NCBI RefSeq assembly: GCF_000315625.1
Contig: NW_005434643.1
Location: forward strand, 466,190 to 530,189
Direction of reading: 5' to 3'
Source of the DNA: Guillardia theta CCMP2712
Taxonomy: Eukaryota; Protista; Cryptophyta
Length of the DNA: 64,000 bases
The notes beneath the pieces were generated by a model that saw only the letters and a list, made by a program, of their open reading frames with translations, made no database searches and was not told where the DNA came from. The translations under genes were made by a program, and so were the position numbers. This document shows positions 1 through 11,142 of this stretch, piece after piece. How positions within the stretch are numbered: position 1 is the stretch's first letter; each line of letters opens with the position of its first letter.

Positions 1-25
1 TGATGGAGATGATGGAGATGATGGA

Positions 26-62
<37 letters not shown>

Positions 63-100
63 ATGATGGTGATGGTGATGGTAGTGATGGAGATGATGGA

Positions 101-134
<34 letters not shown>

Positions 135-165
135 ATGATGGTGGTGGTGATGATGATGATGATGA

Positions 166-202
<37 letters not shown>

Positions 203-250
203 GATGATGATGATGATGATGATGATGATGACGACGACGACGATGACAAT
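1..250. repeat. Compound trinucleotide microsatellite (GAT/GGT/GTT/GAC)n
   Basis: Directly visible; gives the spurious poly-M/L ORF 3..257. Confidence 0.97.
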
Positions 251-299
251 GATTTAAGAAAGAAGGCCCCGCATTTCTCTCACTTGTTTCATGCTGCCA

Positions 300-3200
300 C
301 TTTGTGGATGAAGCGATAGAAGCCCGACGTCCTCTCTTCTCGCCCTGCACTGACTGATGCTTGCTCAGCTGCACCTGGAGAGGATGTGGAAGGAGATCAT
401 GGACATGACACCACGACCTTCGCTGATCTTCGGGTGAGGGAGCACGTTGCGAACATATTTGAAGGATCTCACACCCTCTAGGGCCCCTCGGGAGGAAGAC
501 AAGAGGATATCAGGAGGGTCTGCGGTGACTTTGTGTGTGTATCCTTCTTGCCCGTCATTCTGAAGGTTTTTGGTGACTCAGAAGGAGGTAGAAGGAGCAA
601 GACGAGTTTCAGAGAGGTCCTCCCCACCCTCCTCTTCTCTTTTTCCTCCCTTAGATCGGCATTCTCGTCCTCATTTCACTCCTCGTCTTCGTCCTCGTCC
701 TGGTCTCCACCTCTCCTTGTCCTCCCCTTGTTTCCTTTTGGACTTGTTCATTTTTCTCGTCCTCATCCGCTTCCTCGTCCTCGTCCTCGTCCTCATGCTC
801 TTACTCGTCCTTTTTCTCGTCCCTGTCCTGGTCCTGGTCCTTGGGCTCTTCCTCGTCCTTGCCTTGGCTCTCAAATTCAGTTGCCAGGCACTCGCTTACG
901 AGTCTCACCCTGCAGGGGGTCATCCTGGTCGTTGGACATTGCAGGAGACAAGCCGCACAGCGCTAGGGTGAAGGAGGCGTCGGAGAGATTCCTTGCCATC
1001 AAGCAGTACCTAATGGCTGCAAGAAGCAATGTGGAGCAGAGAAAGATCGAGGTGCAGCGAGGTGAGTTGGATGCTCGACAGGAAGTTGTCGATGAGATTT
1101 TGTTCAAAGTTGTAGATGAAACAGAAATCCGCACAAACACCGTAGAAATCACCACAGCACCAGGGGCAACGATGATGACGACGGCAACAACATCAAACAT
1201 CACGGAGAGTGCCGAGGGGGCAACGTGCTCGGAGAGACACGATTGTGAGGCCGTGTCGAGACAAGAAATCGAGAGGATGAGAAATGAGATCATGGAGTTA
1301 AGGTGACACGTTCTGCTAAAATCAGCTACACAGGAGGATAATATTTACCAGGAGGGAACTTTCCGTCATGAAGCAACAATCCGTATCGGTGAAGGAACTC
1401 CTCTCTCCTCTCTCCTCTCTTCCTTCCTATCCCCCTTCCTTTATTCCTACTTCCTACCTCCTCCTTTCCGTCATGCGTGACCGTGTGATCTCGTTTCAGC
1501 TCCAGTCAGTCTCCCTTGCAACATCCAGCGACAACCCTACGACCATCTCCGACCCTCCGGCTGTTACCGATCGACCCCAGTTGAGCTTTCGGTATGACAG
1601 CAAGAGTCAGCCATGAGCGCTCGTGATGTGTGCGCAGAAGTCTGCCTTCAAGGATCGATCGCGATCAAGTGAGAGAGAGATGTGGAATCGCTCCCTACAG
1701 TGAGCGGAGAGCAGCTGGTGTTGTCGTTGCTGATTGATCGCTGGTTGATGTCAGGGCGATCGAGCTTGAGATTGGCAAAAGGTTGTTTGCCGACTGACGC
1801 CGAGGTGTTTTCTGCCATCAGAGCTTGTGGGCGACTCGCTCAACCTGCTCGCAGGAGCTGGAGGAAAGGAAGAGAACAACATCGCACAGATACATCAAGT
1901 GATCCGAGTCTGCTGATCGCATGCGCTGAGCCCTTGACCAGGTGTGCACAAGACGATGTCGAAGTAACACCAAGTAGTGATAGAACACTTGAATTGTTCG
2001 TTTGTGAACGCAACCATTGTTGCACCAGATACGTCGAGAAGTTTCAATCTTGCAGACAATCTCGTGGCAGACATGGTGACTTTGCAAGCTCTTGACATGC
2101 TGACGCTGATCTTTGAGGTCATCGCTGCAGGGCTGGAACTCTGTTGCCTCGCTGCTGGGACAGAAAGGTGATAACCAGAGAAAGATGATGAAGCTATGAA
2201 AGTGACGCTGAGAAGAACAATCAAACTTGACGATCAGCCGTCTCAATGTTCTTTTCATGGGTGGGCGGCCCGAGTTGGAGGTTGTGTCCTCGTGAGTTTG
2301 CCAACAGGGACCGAGGCCATTGCCTCTAGTTTTATCTGCCTGGTCCACGACGACGAGATGTCGGCTGCTCGTGAGGGGCAGCAGCCACCTTGATGCTTCC
2401 TTGGCAGGAGCGTGGAGCAGGTGGAGAGACAAGTTAGGGGGAGGAACCCTGACGTGATTGACATCAACATGAGTAATCTTCTCTTCTCAGCTGTAAGGCT
2501 TCTCTGCTTGCAGCCGTCCCTCTCAGACCTGTCCCACACTTGGTGGTGCAGGGTGTCAAGGACACCGATGGCTCAGCTTGCTTCCAAGACCAGGTTGTTG
2601 ACTTGCTCAAAGCAAAAGTTGAGAAGATCTTGTCTCTCGAGCTCGTCAAGGTGAGAAACTGTCTTTCGCTCGCCTCTCCTCTCTGTGTGAGCTTTCATTG
2701 GACAGAACAAACACGCGCAGAAATACGTCAACTTACCGCATGGGACCAAACGAATCCCTCTCGTCCGATTTCTCCTTGTAGGTTTTCCTCGGACATGGAG
2801 CCAGGTGATTTCTCATAGCGAGAAATAGAGATCAAATCTTCTCCGACCTTGTCCTCTTTTTGTTTGTCCTGCTTGCACTCGTCTCCCTCTCCCTCTTCGG
2901 TTCTTTCTTCGTTGCCCTCTCCTCCTCCTTCTCCTCCTCCTTCTCCTCCTCTTTCTCCTCCTCCTTTTCCTCCTTCTCCACCTTCTTCTCTTTCTCCCCC
3001 TCCTCTTCCTCCTCCTCTTTTTTTCCTTATCTCAACCTCCATGTCAATTCTCAGGCCCAACGCTGGGTTGAATCAGGACAATCGTTTCATACAGTCATCT
3101 TCCACGTAAGGCATTTCTTTTCCTCCACCACCTCCACCTCCACCTCCACCTCCACCTCCACCTATCTCTCCTCCTAACCTCTCTCTCTCTTCCTCCTCCT

Positions 3201-3794
3201 CCTCCCTCCACCTTCCTCCTTCCCTCCCTTCTTCCACCTCTCTCTCTCCTGGATCATCCCAAACCTCAAGATCTCTGTGTTCTCTGACAGGGAAAGTTCA
3301 TGAGCAACATGAGCAAGGGCGAAGACCTGATGAGCCAGTTGTCCAACTCGCTACAGGTCATACCCGTTGCAAATCCTCCTCCTCCCCTGACGCGCAGCAA
3401 GGAGCTGCTCCCTTTCAACTTCGACGAGCATCAGCTTGCCATGCGCCAATGTTTCCTCTACCTCTCCAAGGTATGCTCGGCGCGCGATCACTCACACTGA
3501 GCTCCTTCAAGCATTCGGCGGCTAGTAAGAACGAGCACCAGTGGCTGGACCCAAGGTCGCAGGTGACCAGAAGAGGTTTACAGCGGCTGGCCTTGCGTGA
3601 CCTTTCCAGCAGAAGTTGCTGTACGATGCCTTGGACTCGCTGCCGACGTCGATCCCCCTGTGAGAGCTGCAAGCTCTGTTGCAGTGACGAGGTTGGGTGA
3701 CAGGATGGCGCAGGAACGAGGAGTTGGATGATGCCGTCTCTTGCATGAGGCACACCGGATCGCAACTGACATCGCCGTGGTGGCGGCCCAGCTG
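300..3794 (+). CDS. Multi-exon hypothetical protein; boundaries approximate
   Basis: Protein-like frames (~930-1302, 2054-2168, 2550-2650, 3291-3470) are separated by GT..AG segments and pyrimidine-microsatellite introns; no family recognised. Confidence 0.45.
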
Positions 3795-5286
3795 AATCAT
3801 TCGAGACCTGCCGCCATGTTGGACGGCACCGTCACTACTTAGTAGTCTCGTTTCGTCGCCATCAACTATGAAATCCTTTCAACAACCCCCGGTCGCTGCT
3901 CAACTTATCGGATGAGACTCTGAGACTCAGCCTGATGATCCGACCCTCTCTTCATCACTGACTGACACTTTTTACTCAAACCCGGCTAAGCTAAACTTGA
4001 AATCAGTACGAGGACTCGGTTCGGAACGGCTGAGCAGACTCTAAGTTGGCCAAGTTGCCAACGGTTGGATCGCCGGGCGGCACTGCCACAAGTAAAGGCC
4101 ACAAGCCTGAAGTGTGAGGGCGGCCGGGAGTCACCCGGTGGCCGTACCCCCGGGGCCCGGCGCCGCCCGGCGTGAGTCACATCACGGTCACCGTCACCGT
4201 CCGATGGTCGCTCGGTCGGTCCGATCCGCTGAGGCATGACATTAAACTTTATATTAGAGGGGGCAAAGGCTCCGTGACTCGTCGATTTGACTCAAACTTG
4301 AAATCTTACGGAAGCGGAGCCGACTCAGGCTACGTTGCCCCCGCTGACATAAGCCAGCCGGTACTCAGCGGGCCGTCGGTACTCGTAGTACTGTGACACT
4401 TTAGTACTGGCAACTTACTAGCGCTGAGCAATGATCGGAGCGGTCACGGGGCCCATGACTCGCCTGCCAGTGGGCCGGGCGGCAGCCTGCGCTCAGCAGC
4501 CCAGAGTTGGGTACTGGATTCCTCTACCAACGAGGATACTACGGGGGTGATGCCGCGTGTCACTGCCTAGTAGGCTACCATGATGCCTAACTGAGGCAAG
4601 TAACTCACCCTGTCACGTTACCGCATGCATGTCGAAAAAAACCTGTGACTGTGCCTACCTAGTCGTTAGCTCCATGGCAGTAAAGGAGTGCGAACAAGAG
4701 ACTTTTGAGATCGATCGCTCTAAAACCTCAGAGCTTTCTCTCTAACTGATTTCAAATCTCTCGCACGTCGTTGAAAATCTCGAAGTGTGTAAAGCAGACT
4801 CTTATCTCAACCGATGAATAACTGAAAAATGGTGAGGATATCTTATCAAATACCCCACCTATCATTTACCACCCGAAAGTATGATGAAATTAGGGGTACT
4901 TTCACCACCCTACCTGATTAATTCCATCGATTGCCCGCCCCCTTGTCTGCCAGGATCTCACATCCACTAATCCACCTCATCCCGTTTAACCGCTTTTATC
5001 GATACGATGCGTTTTGTAAACGACCAATCATAATTATCCAAACCGATCTGACAATTGCACCAGGACCTCTTCCTATCCCAATCGCTCTTTGGATGGTTCT
5101 CCTTTGCTTCACTCCAGTGTCCCCTGTGCCACCCCTCGCACACACCCGTCCTAGCACAGTATCTGCCTCCCTCGCGATCCTCTCCTCTCCTCTCCTCTCC
5201 TACTCTCCCTCCAACGAAACGTCTTTCTTCAGCAGAATTCCATATCTCAACCTCACAAACCGATCACAGACCTCCACGTGGCCAAG

Positions 5287-5733
5287 ATGGTAGCTACTCG
5301 ATGCGACAGTCCCTCACAGATTGGGAACAACACAAGCTACCTTCAAAAGATTGTAGGAACCCAGAACAGCGGATCCTTCAAGGAAAAGAGGAATCGCTCT
5401 CAACCATCTATTGATGAGACCGTCTCAGAAAGACTCGAGCGCCTCAGGATCACGTCGCCCAAATTCGGCGGGTCTAAAGGGAGGAACAGCCGAGACATGC
5501 AAGGAGGTTGCAGATCTCCTGCTCCTCTCATGATTCGACGCACAAAACAGGCTGGTCCCTTCCTACTCTCCATTGACGTACAGTCCGCCTTCCAGTCAAG
5601 CCCCGAATACACGGAGCAATCGATGTCTGTTCCCATGGCGCCTCGAAGCGCCTGCAATCCTTTTCCTGGTCTGATTGCGAGCGACTCGGGTTTGCTCCAG
5701 CAGTTTCTGGTGTATTCTAAAAATCAGGTTTGA
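5287..5733 (+). CDS. Single-exon hypothetical protein (Ser/Arg-rich)
   Basis: Open frame from the ATG at 5287, after a pyrimidine-rich leader; no domain recognised. Confidence 0.4.
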   Translation: MVATRCDSPSQIGNNTSYLQKIVGTQNSGSFKEKRNRSQPSIDETVSERLERLRITSPKFGGSKGRNSRDMQGGCRSPAPLMIRRTKQAGPFLLSIDVQSAFQSSPEYTEQSMSVPMAPRSACNPFPGLIASDSGLLQQFLVYSKNQV

Positions 5734-7111
5734 GCTCCACTGCACCAGTATCGGCCTTGGAGCCCAAAGGTCTTGCCCGCGCTCTGACAAATCGTTTAGT
5801 TTATTGTTTCCTCTCATCTGGATGTTGTAATGGCAGTTTTCCGAAGATACATGCCACTTGTATTCTAGCGTTTCTGTTGAGAATAAAATGAATCCTCATC
5901 TAACACCCTGTTTCCATCATGCACATGCTCAAGTGACCGTGACTGAATGTTCTCTCTTCACTTCGAAAGACAATCTTTGACATCATTTACACACAGAGCA
6001 TGGCACCCAAGTCTCTGATGCTATCACCTCCACATGTCAACATGACTTGCTTTCATGGATTACTAGAGCAAACATTGGGCCCCTCCTACAAGATTGCACC
6101 AACCACGAGGTTTTCCTGCATGGAACAAGGTGAACAGCAGCCTCAAGCTCTCATGCACAATGTCAGACCGCACTTGCAACACTGACATGAACATCTTTGT
6201 CGTGCTCTCATCCTGGAACCGATGTGAGCTCACAATCTCGTCGATGCCCGTGCGCATGGCAGGTCATCGGGTGGAGTGTAATACTGTCATGCCCATTCCA
6301 ATCAAGGCTCGGAATCAAGTAACCTTCTTCATTTCGCATCAGGAACGATCCTGAGCCACCTCGATCTTCCTGATCTTTCTGGCCAGCATCGTCGTGAGTT
6401 GCAGCAGGGAAGGCAGTCGATCTTCCGGGTATCTCGATCAGAGTCGATGAGACACATCGGGAGGAGAAACTCGGAGTTGATATGCTTCATTCATCGAAAA
6501 ACTCTTTTCCCACTTGCAATTTCTCGTGCCTGGCCTCAGCATATCACCGTCACTGTCAAGCAAGACGACTGAGTTGATCTAGATGCATTTCTTGCATGGA
6601 GCTGTAGCTAATTCCCAAGACATCGTCGTTCTTAAAACTACTATGGCCGACACTCTAGAGGTCTCAACCTTGAACAGCTGTGGTGCGAGTGATGCAGGAT
6701 CTCGATCTATGGTAGGATCAGTAGGAGGAGGAGGAGAGGGGGCGGGGGGGGGGGGGGTTGCGGGGGGTGAACTTGTAGTTGTAGTCGCAGGATTCCACCC
6801 AATTCTACCCCTAGCAGGGCCCTTTTTGGGACCCCTTCCTTGACCCCTCCCGCAGAGAGGAGGGAGGGGATGGCCCGCGCTGTCTTTCATTTCCCTCGTC
6901 TCCACTGGCAGCATCCAAATTGCCAAGAAAAAAAACAAGGAAAGGAAGGGAAACAAGACTGAAGCGCGGATAACAACAACTTGACTCGCACTGAAGATTA
7001 GGAGATAACTTAGCCAGGACCGCACAGATCGATCAGACTGCATGATTGGGCACAAGAACCAAGGTTCAATCACATTTCAAGGGGGTTCTTGAGCTGTTGC
7101 GATCCACAGAA

Positions 7112-7432
7112 ATGAATTTGTTTTATGCATTTGCGATGATCGTGTTTCTCTCTCTCGTCCTAGTAGCAGAGACGGTGATGGAGGACAACTGCACACTGAT
7201 AGCGAATTTAACTTCGGAAGAAGTTGCAGAGCTGACACGATCACTAGGCCATGATAGAGTTTCCAGAGTTGTGCAAGAGGGAGCGATCGATGGGTCACAG
7301 CTTCACCGTTTTCCTATGTTGATGCAGGAGGTTTTAGAGCTCCTGGACTATCAAGGCCAGCGTTTCGCATCGGATCAGAAAGGCGGTGTTGTGAACCAAA
7401 GGCATGCTCTGAGGTCAGAAGATTTTGACTGA
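7112..7432 (+). CDS. Small protein with hydrophobic N-terminus and SAM-like motif
   Basis: MNLFYAFAMIVFLSLVLVA, then LTSEEVAELTRSLG...VQEGAIDGSQL, which resembles the SAM consensus (EEVA.WL.SLG...E..IDG..L). Confidence 0.4.
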   Translation: MNLFYAFAMIVFLSLVLVAETVMEDNCTLIANLTSEEVAELTRSLGHDRVSRVVQEGAIDGSQLHRFPMLMQEVLELLDYQGQRFASDQKGGVVNQRHALRSEDFD

Positions 7433-7571
7433 GTCAAGCCTCGAGACTTCATTGTTTCTTTATTGTTAGCTCGGTTCTTTCATAATGCACAGAGTGCGAA
7501 AGTAATGCAGTGAAGCAAGGGAGATATGGCCGATCATGATACACGTAAAGATGCTACAGCATAACTGATCT

Positions 7572-8110
7572 TCACTCCTTGTCGACTGGGAGCCGCAAAT
7601 GCTGTGCAACCCGCAGTCCTGCCATCACCACATCACGAGAGCAGCAGGAGAAAATGACCACAGCGAGTGAGGGAAGATCCTCAAAGGACTCAAATATTCA
7701 CCTGTCGAGCTATCGCCGTTTGGAACTATCCCTTCCGAGCTAATAGCCTGAGGTGCGAAGCGTCACGATCGGCCTCGAACAACAAAGTCGGTTGTCACGT
7801 AGTAAAGTGCAGTTGGAACGCAGATGGCGTAGATGAACACGCTTGCAAATGTCCTGAAGTCTGAGAGGTCGACCATCTACCGCAGCCATCAGTCGAGTTT
7901 CCTCCATTCTTGCACGGCATCATGTACATCGTCAATATTGTCACGGACGTCGTTCCATGCCTCAAGTCTGGGGTCCTTCTTCAGCCAGTCACCCATAGAG
8001 CGCTGACATCTACATTAGCATGCTAAGAAGTATCCAGAATCATGATCACCTTGTTTGAAAACGTCTTGCCACGCCTCCCCATGGCGGAGAAGCTTCGAGC
8101 ACCGCTGAGA
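7572..8110 (-). CDS. Spliced small membrane protein resembling complex I subunit NDUFB4/B15; start uncertain
   Basis: Hand-spliced KDPRLEAWNDVRDNIDD|MVDLSDFRTFASVFIYAICVPTALYYVTTDF resembles the plant-type B15 pattern (E.W...R.N.......TM with P..Y); a presequence-like ARSFSA lies upstream. Confidence 0.45.
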
Positions 8111-9041
8111 GAGAGACGCGCGTCAGTATTCCAAGGCAAGATATCATCCAGAAAGCCCCAAGTTATCTCCGTGACATAATCATGAGATGTCCTGCACACA
8201 ATTACAGTGTAGTAGACACCACGAAACAAAGTACGTTGGTTCATCCCAAAGGATGAGTATCAAGTAAATATGAATGAGACAAACCTACGTGCATTCAATA
8301 CTGGGGGTTCTGCATGACAGTATATCGATTCAGTTTCACTACTCTATTCTCACAAACGATCATTCTCCTTCAACCCGCTGGGATGGTTTGCTCGCTGACT
8401 CGAAATGTTGTCCAATAATTCCTAATTGTTGACATGCCTTTCTGCTTCCCCTTCCGTTCCGGTTCTCATTCCACTGATGCACTTGATCTTCATAACACAA
8501 ACATCTTTTATATCTTGCACACTCCTCTCCTCTGCTTCCTTCCTTCTCTGAGGTTGCGATTACCGGCGCAAGGCGGTTGCGAGCATGGCAGCGGCGAGGA
8601 GGGTATACAAGGGTCTACCACCCGCGGTAGCCCCAACATGGGTGGGGGTACAAATGCTACTTCCTGTCCTTGGCCCATATATGCATACCAACATTTTAAC
8701 ATAGTGGATTACATATAGAAATGAGCTTCATTGGTATATGCTTCGGTATAGTGCAACTGAAGAAGCCAATAAAGGGGTAGTGGTACTCAAGGTGTTCAAT
8801 CGACAACCCTGACGAGGGTGGGGTGAATTGTAATTCCTGCGGACAATAATCAATTCATGCCGGCCTCAGAATAAATACTACTAATAACGGAAGACAGCAT
8901 GCGCCACATGAACTCTTTTTAGCCTACCGGAGCCGAGCCGGGGCCGGGGGGTTGCCCGGCCGCAGCACCACCGGCGGTTACTCGCACCTTAAGAATTCAG
9001 AGTGTACGTTACGGACGTTGGAATCGTAACGGTCCAGCAAG

Positions 9042-9056
9042 CTCTTTTTTTTTTCC
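9042..9056 (+). promoter_or_regulatory. Oligopyrimidine (TOP-like) tract upstream of RPS15
   Basis: ctcttttttttttcc-type tract ending ~30 nt before the ATG of a ribosomal protein gene. Confidence 0.45.
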
Positions 9057-9086
9057 TGCGAGCGTGCGGTCGCGTGCAAGGCAATC

Positions 9087-10169
9087 ATGGCGGACGCTAA
9101 CGCCCCGAAGAAGCGCTCCTTCCGCAAGTTCCAGTGAGCGACCCCTCCCTCCCTCCCCCCCTACTGTCTTCTCTTCCCTTCCTCTACATTATTCGCTGCT
9201 CGCCGCAATCCAGGACATGTCATTTCATGAGCGTCGTCCAAATCTTTGACAGATGTTGCTTCCTGACCTTTCTTGATATGGCCTTGAGAGTGCTACGGGA
9301 TGGCTGCATGTTGCTGAAATGATCCGATCTCAGTCTGTCACCAATTACTTCCTCTTTCTTCATTTCTTCATGATTTATGGTCCATGTGCTCGATGAATGC
9401 ATGGGCCTCGGCAGCAAATGTTGCAACAGTTTTGTATGTTGCTCCTGATTATCAGACAACATTTGTCGCATGATTGATATTTCTTGTTCTGTCCTATCTG
9501 GTGTGCGACCGATATTGCTAGTCAAAGTTTTTCAAATGTTTTCACTTGTGGTCCACAAACATCGTTCTCCCGTTCCCGTATCCGATGCTCCTGTGCATGA
9601 GGATATTTTGTGATGTTATCTTGCAGATACCGCGGTATCGAGCTCGAAGCTTTGCTCGACCTCAACCAGGCTGACTTGATCCAGCTCTTCCCTGCTAGGT
9701 CCTTGAAAATTGCAGCCGACGCCACGTTCTGACTAGTGACATCCAACAGAATTAGGAGACGTTTCAAGAGGGGTCTTCCCAAGAAGTACTCTGTTCTCCT
9801 CAAGAAGCTGAGGAAGGCCAAGAAGGAGGCGCCCATGCACGAGAAACCCGATGTCGTCAAGACTCACCTCCGCAACATGGTGATCTTGCCCGAGATGATT
9901 GGATCAGTTGTCGGTGTCTACAACGGAAAGTCCTACGTCTCCGTTGAGATCAAGGTGTGTTGATCGAGCACATCTCTCCCTCCCTCGCTCCCTCGCTTCC
10001 TACATTTGTTTCTCTTCTCCCCCTTTCCGTGCTGGTGTAGTGACAAGCGAGCCAGGCTGAGATGGTTGGAACTTATTTGGCTGAGTATTCCATTACTTAC
10101 AAGCCCGTCAAGCACGGAAGGCCTGGTATCGGTGCCACGGCCTCTTCCAAGTTCGTTCCGCTTAAGTAG
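9087..10169 (+). CDS. RPS15: 40S ribosomal protein S15 (uS19), 4 exons
   Basis: [21 protein letters not shown]...[26 protein letters not shown]...[25 protein letters not shown]; GT-AG introns at 9134-9626, ~9699-9749 and ~9955-10055. Confidence 0.97.
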
Positions 10170-10594
10170 ATTTTTTCATTATGGGTAGAAGTTGATAGAA
10201 TTCTTTGGGGATTACTTGGTGTCCTTGCCTCGCCCTAGCTCGGACTTCTCTTCCTTGTTGGCTTCTCCCTCCCTCACCCGCTCATCTCCTCTACTTCCCT
10301 CATGAACTCCACTCGTTGGGATCCCCAGATCTTATTCGCGGTAACAAGTGCCTCGAACCCTCGTTTAGCAGACATCAACATCCGATCATTAGAGCTCTCA
10401 TTCCGTTTCCTAACTCTTCTTGTATTGCATCAAAGTTAGAGTGCAAGCTCGACATCAGCGCCTGCTGCTTCATTCACAGTTGCCACCAGCGTCTTGGGTG
10501 GCCTGCCCAGAGATCAGCAAGATGGAGCCGGCAGAATGAAGACAGCAAGCGGGAAGCAAGGAAGGAAGCAAAGAACGGCAGGAAAGAAGCCTCC

Positions 10595-11081
10595 TTACTG
10601 CATCTCTTCGATGTCTCTTCCGACGATGTCCCACATGATCACTGTCCGATCCCCTGACGCCTGCTACAAGTCAACAAGAACCAGATTGCTTGAAGCGCAA
10701 CTCACTGAGAAAAGTCTCCACTTCCTCTGAAACCACAGCCTGCTCTTGCCAGGTGAGACTTCTAGGCTCTCAACCTCGAACGTTCACCTCGAGTCCTTCT
10801 CGGCCGTATCCTGCTCCCTCTTTTCGCAAGGAGGTACAACGATCACACTCGTAACGAGATGCTTGTGGCCTAGACAAGTTGCACACTGTCAACCTTGATC
10901 TATCGGATCAACACGCGCATGCACGCCCTTCTGCCTCACCTCTGTACACTTTGCCTTGCTCCGATCCGAGACGTCGAGCTATCTGAGCTCCCCGAACGAT
11001 GGCGCGTACGATTCGAATTCCCGTTGCTATCCTGCCGACCATACGAGCCGATCGGAACGCTGGCGGCATCAGGGGCGTGAG

Positions 11082-11142
<61 letters not shown>

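Noticed and set aside
3-257. Poly-Met/Leu ORF and the many poly-S/P/E/R ORFs across the window
   Set aside because: They are translations of microsatellites, mostly in introns
5900-7073. Minus-strand gene containing the Pro-rich ORF 6579-7073
   Set aside because: I could not build a consistent spliced model or recognise a product
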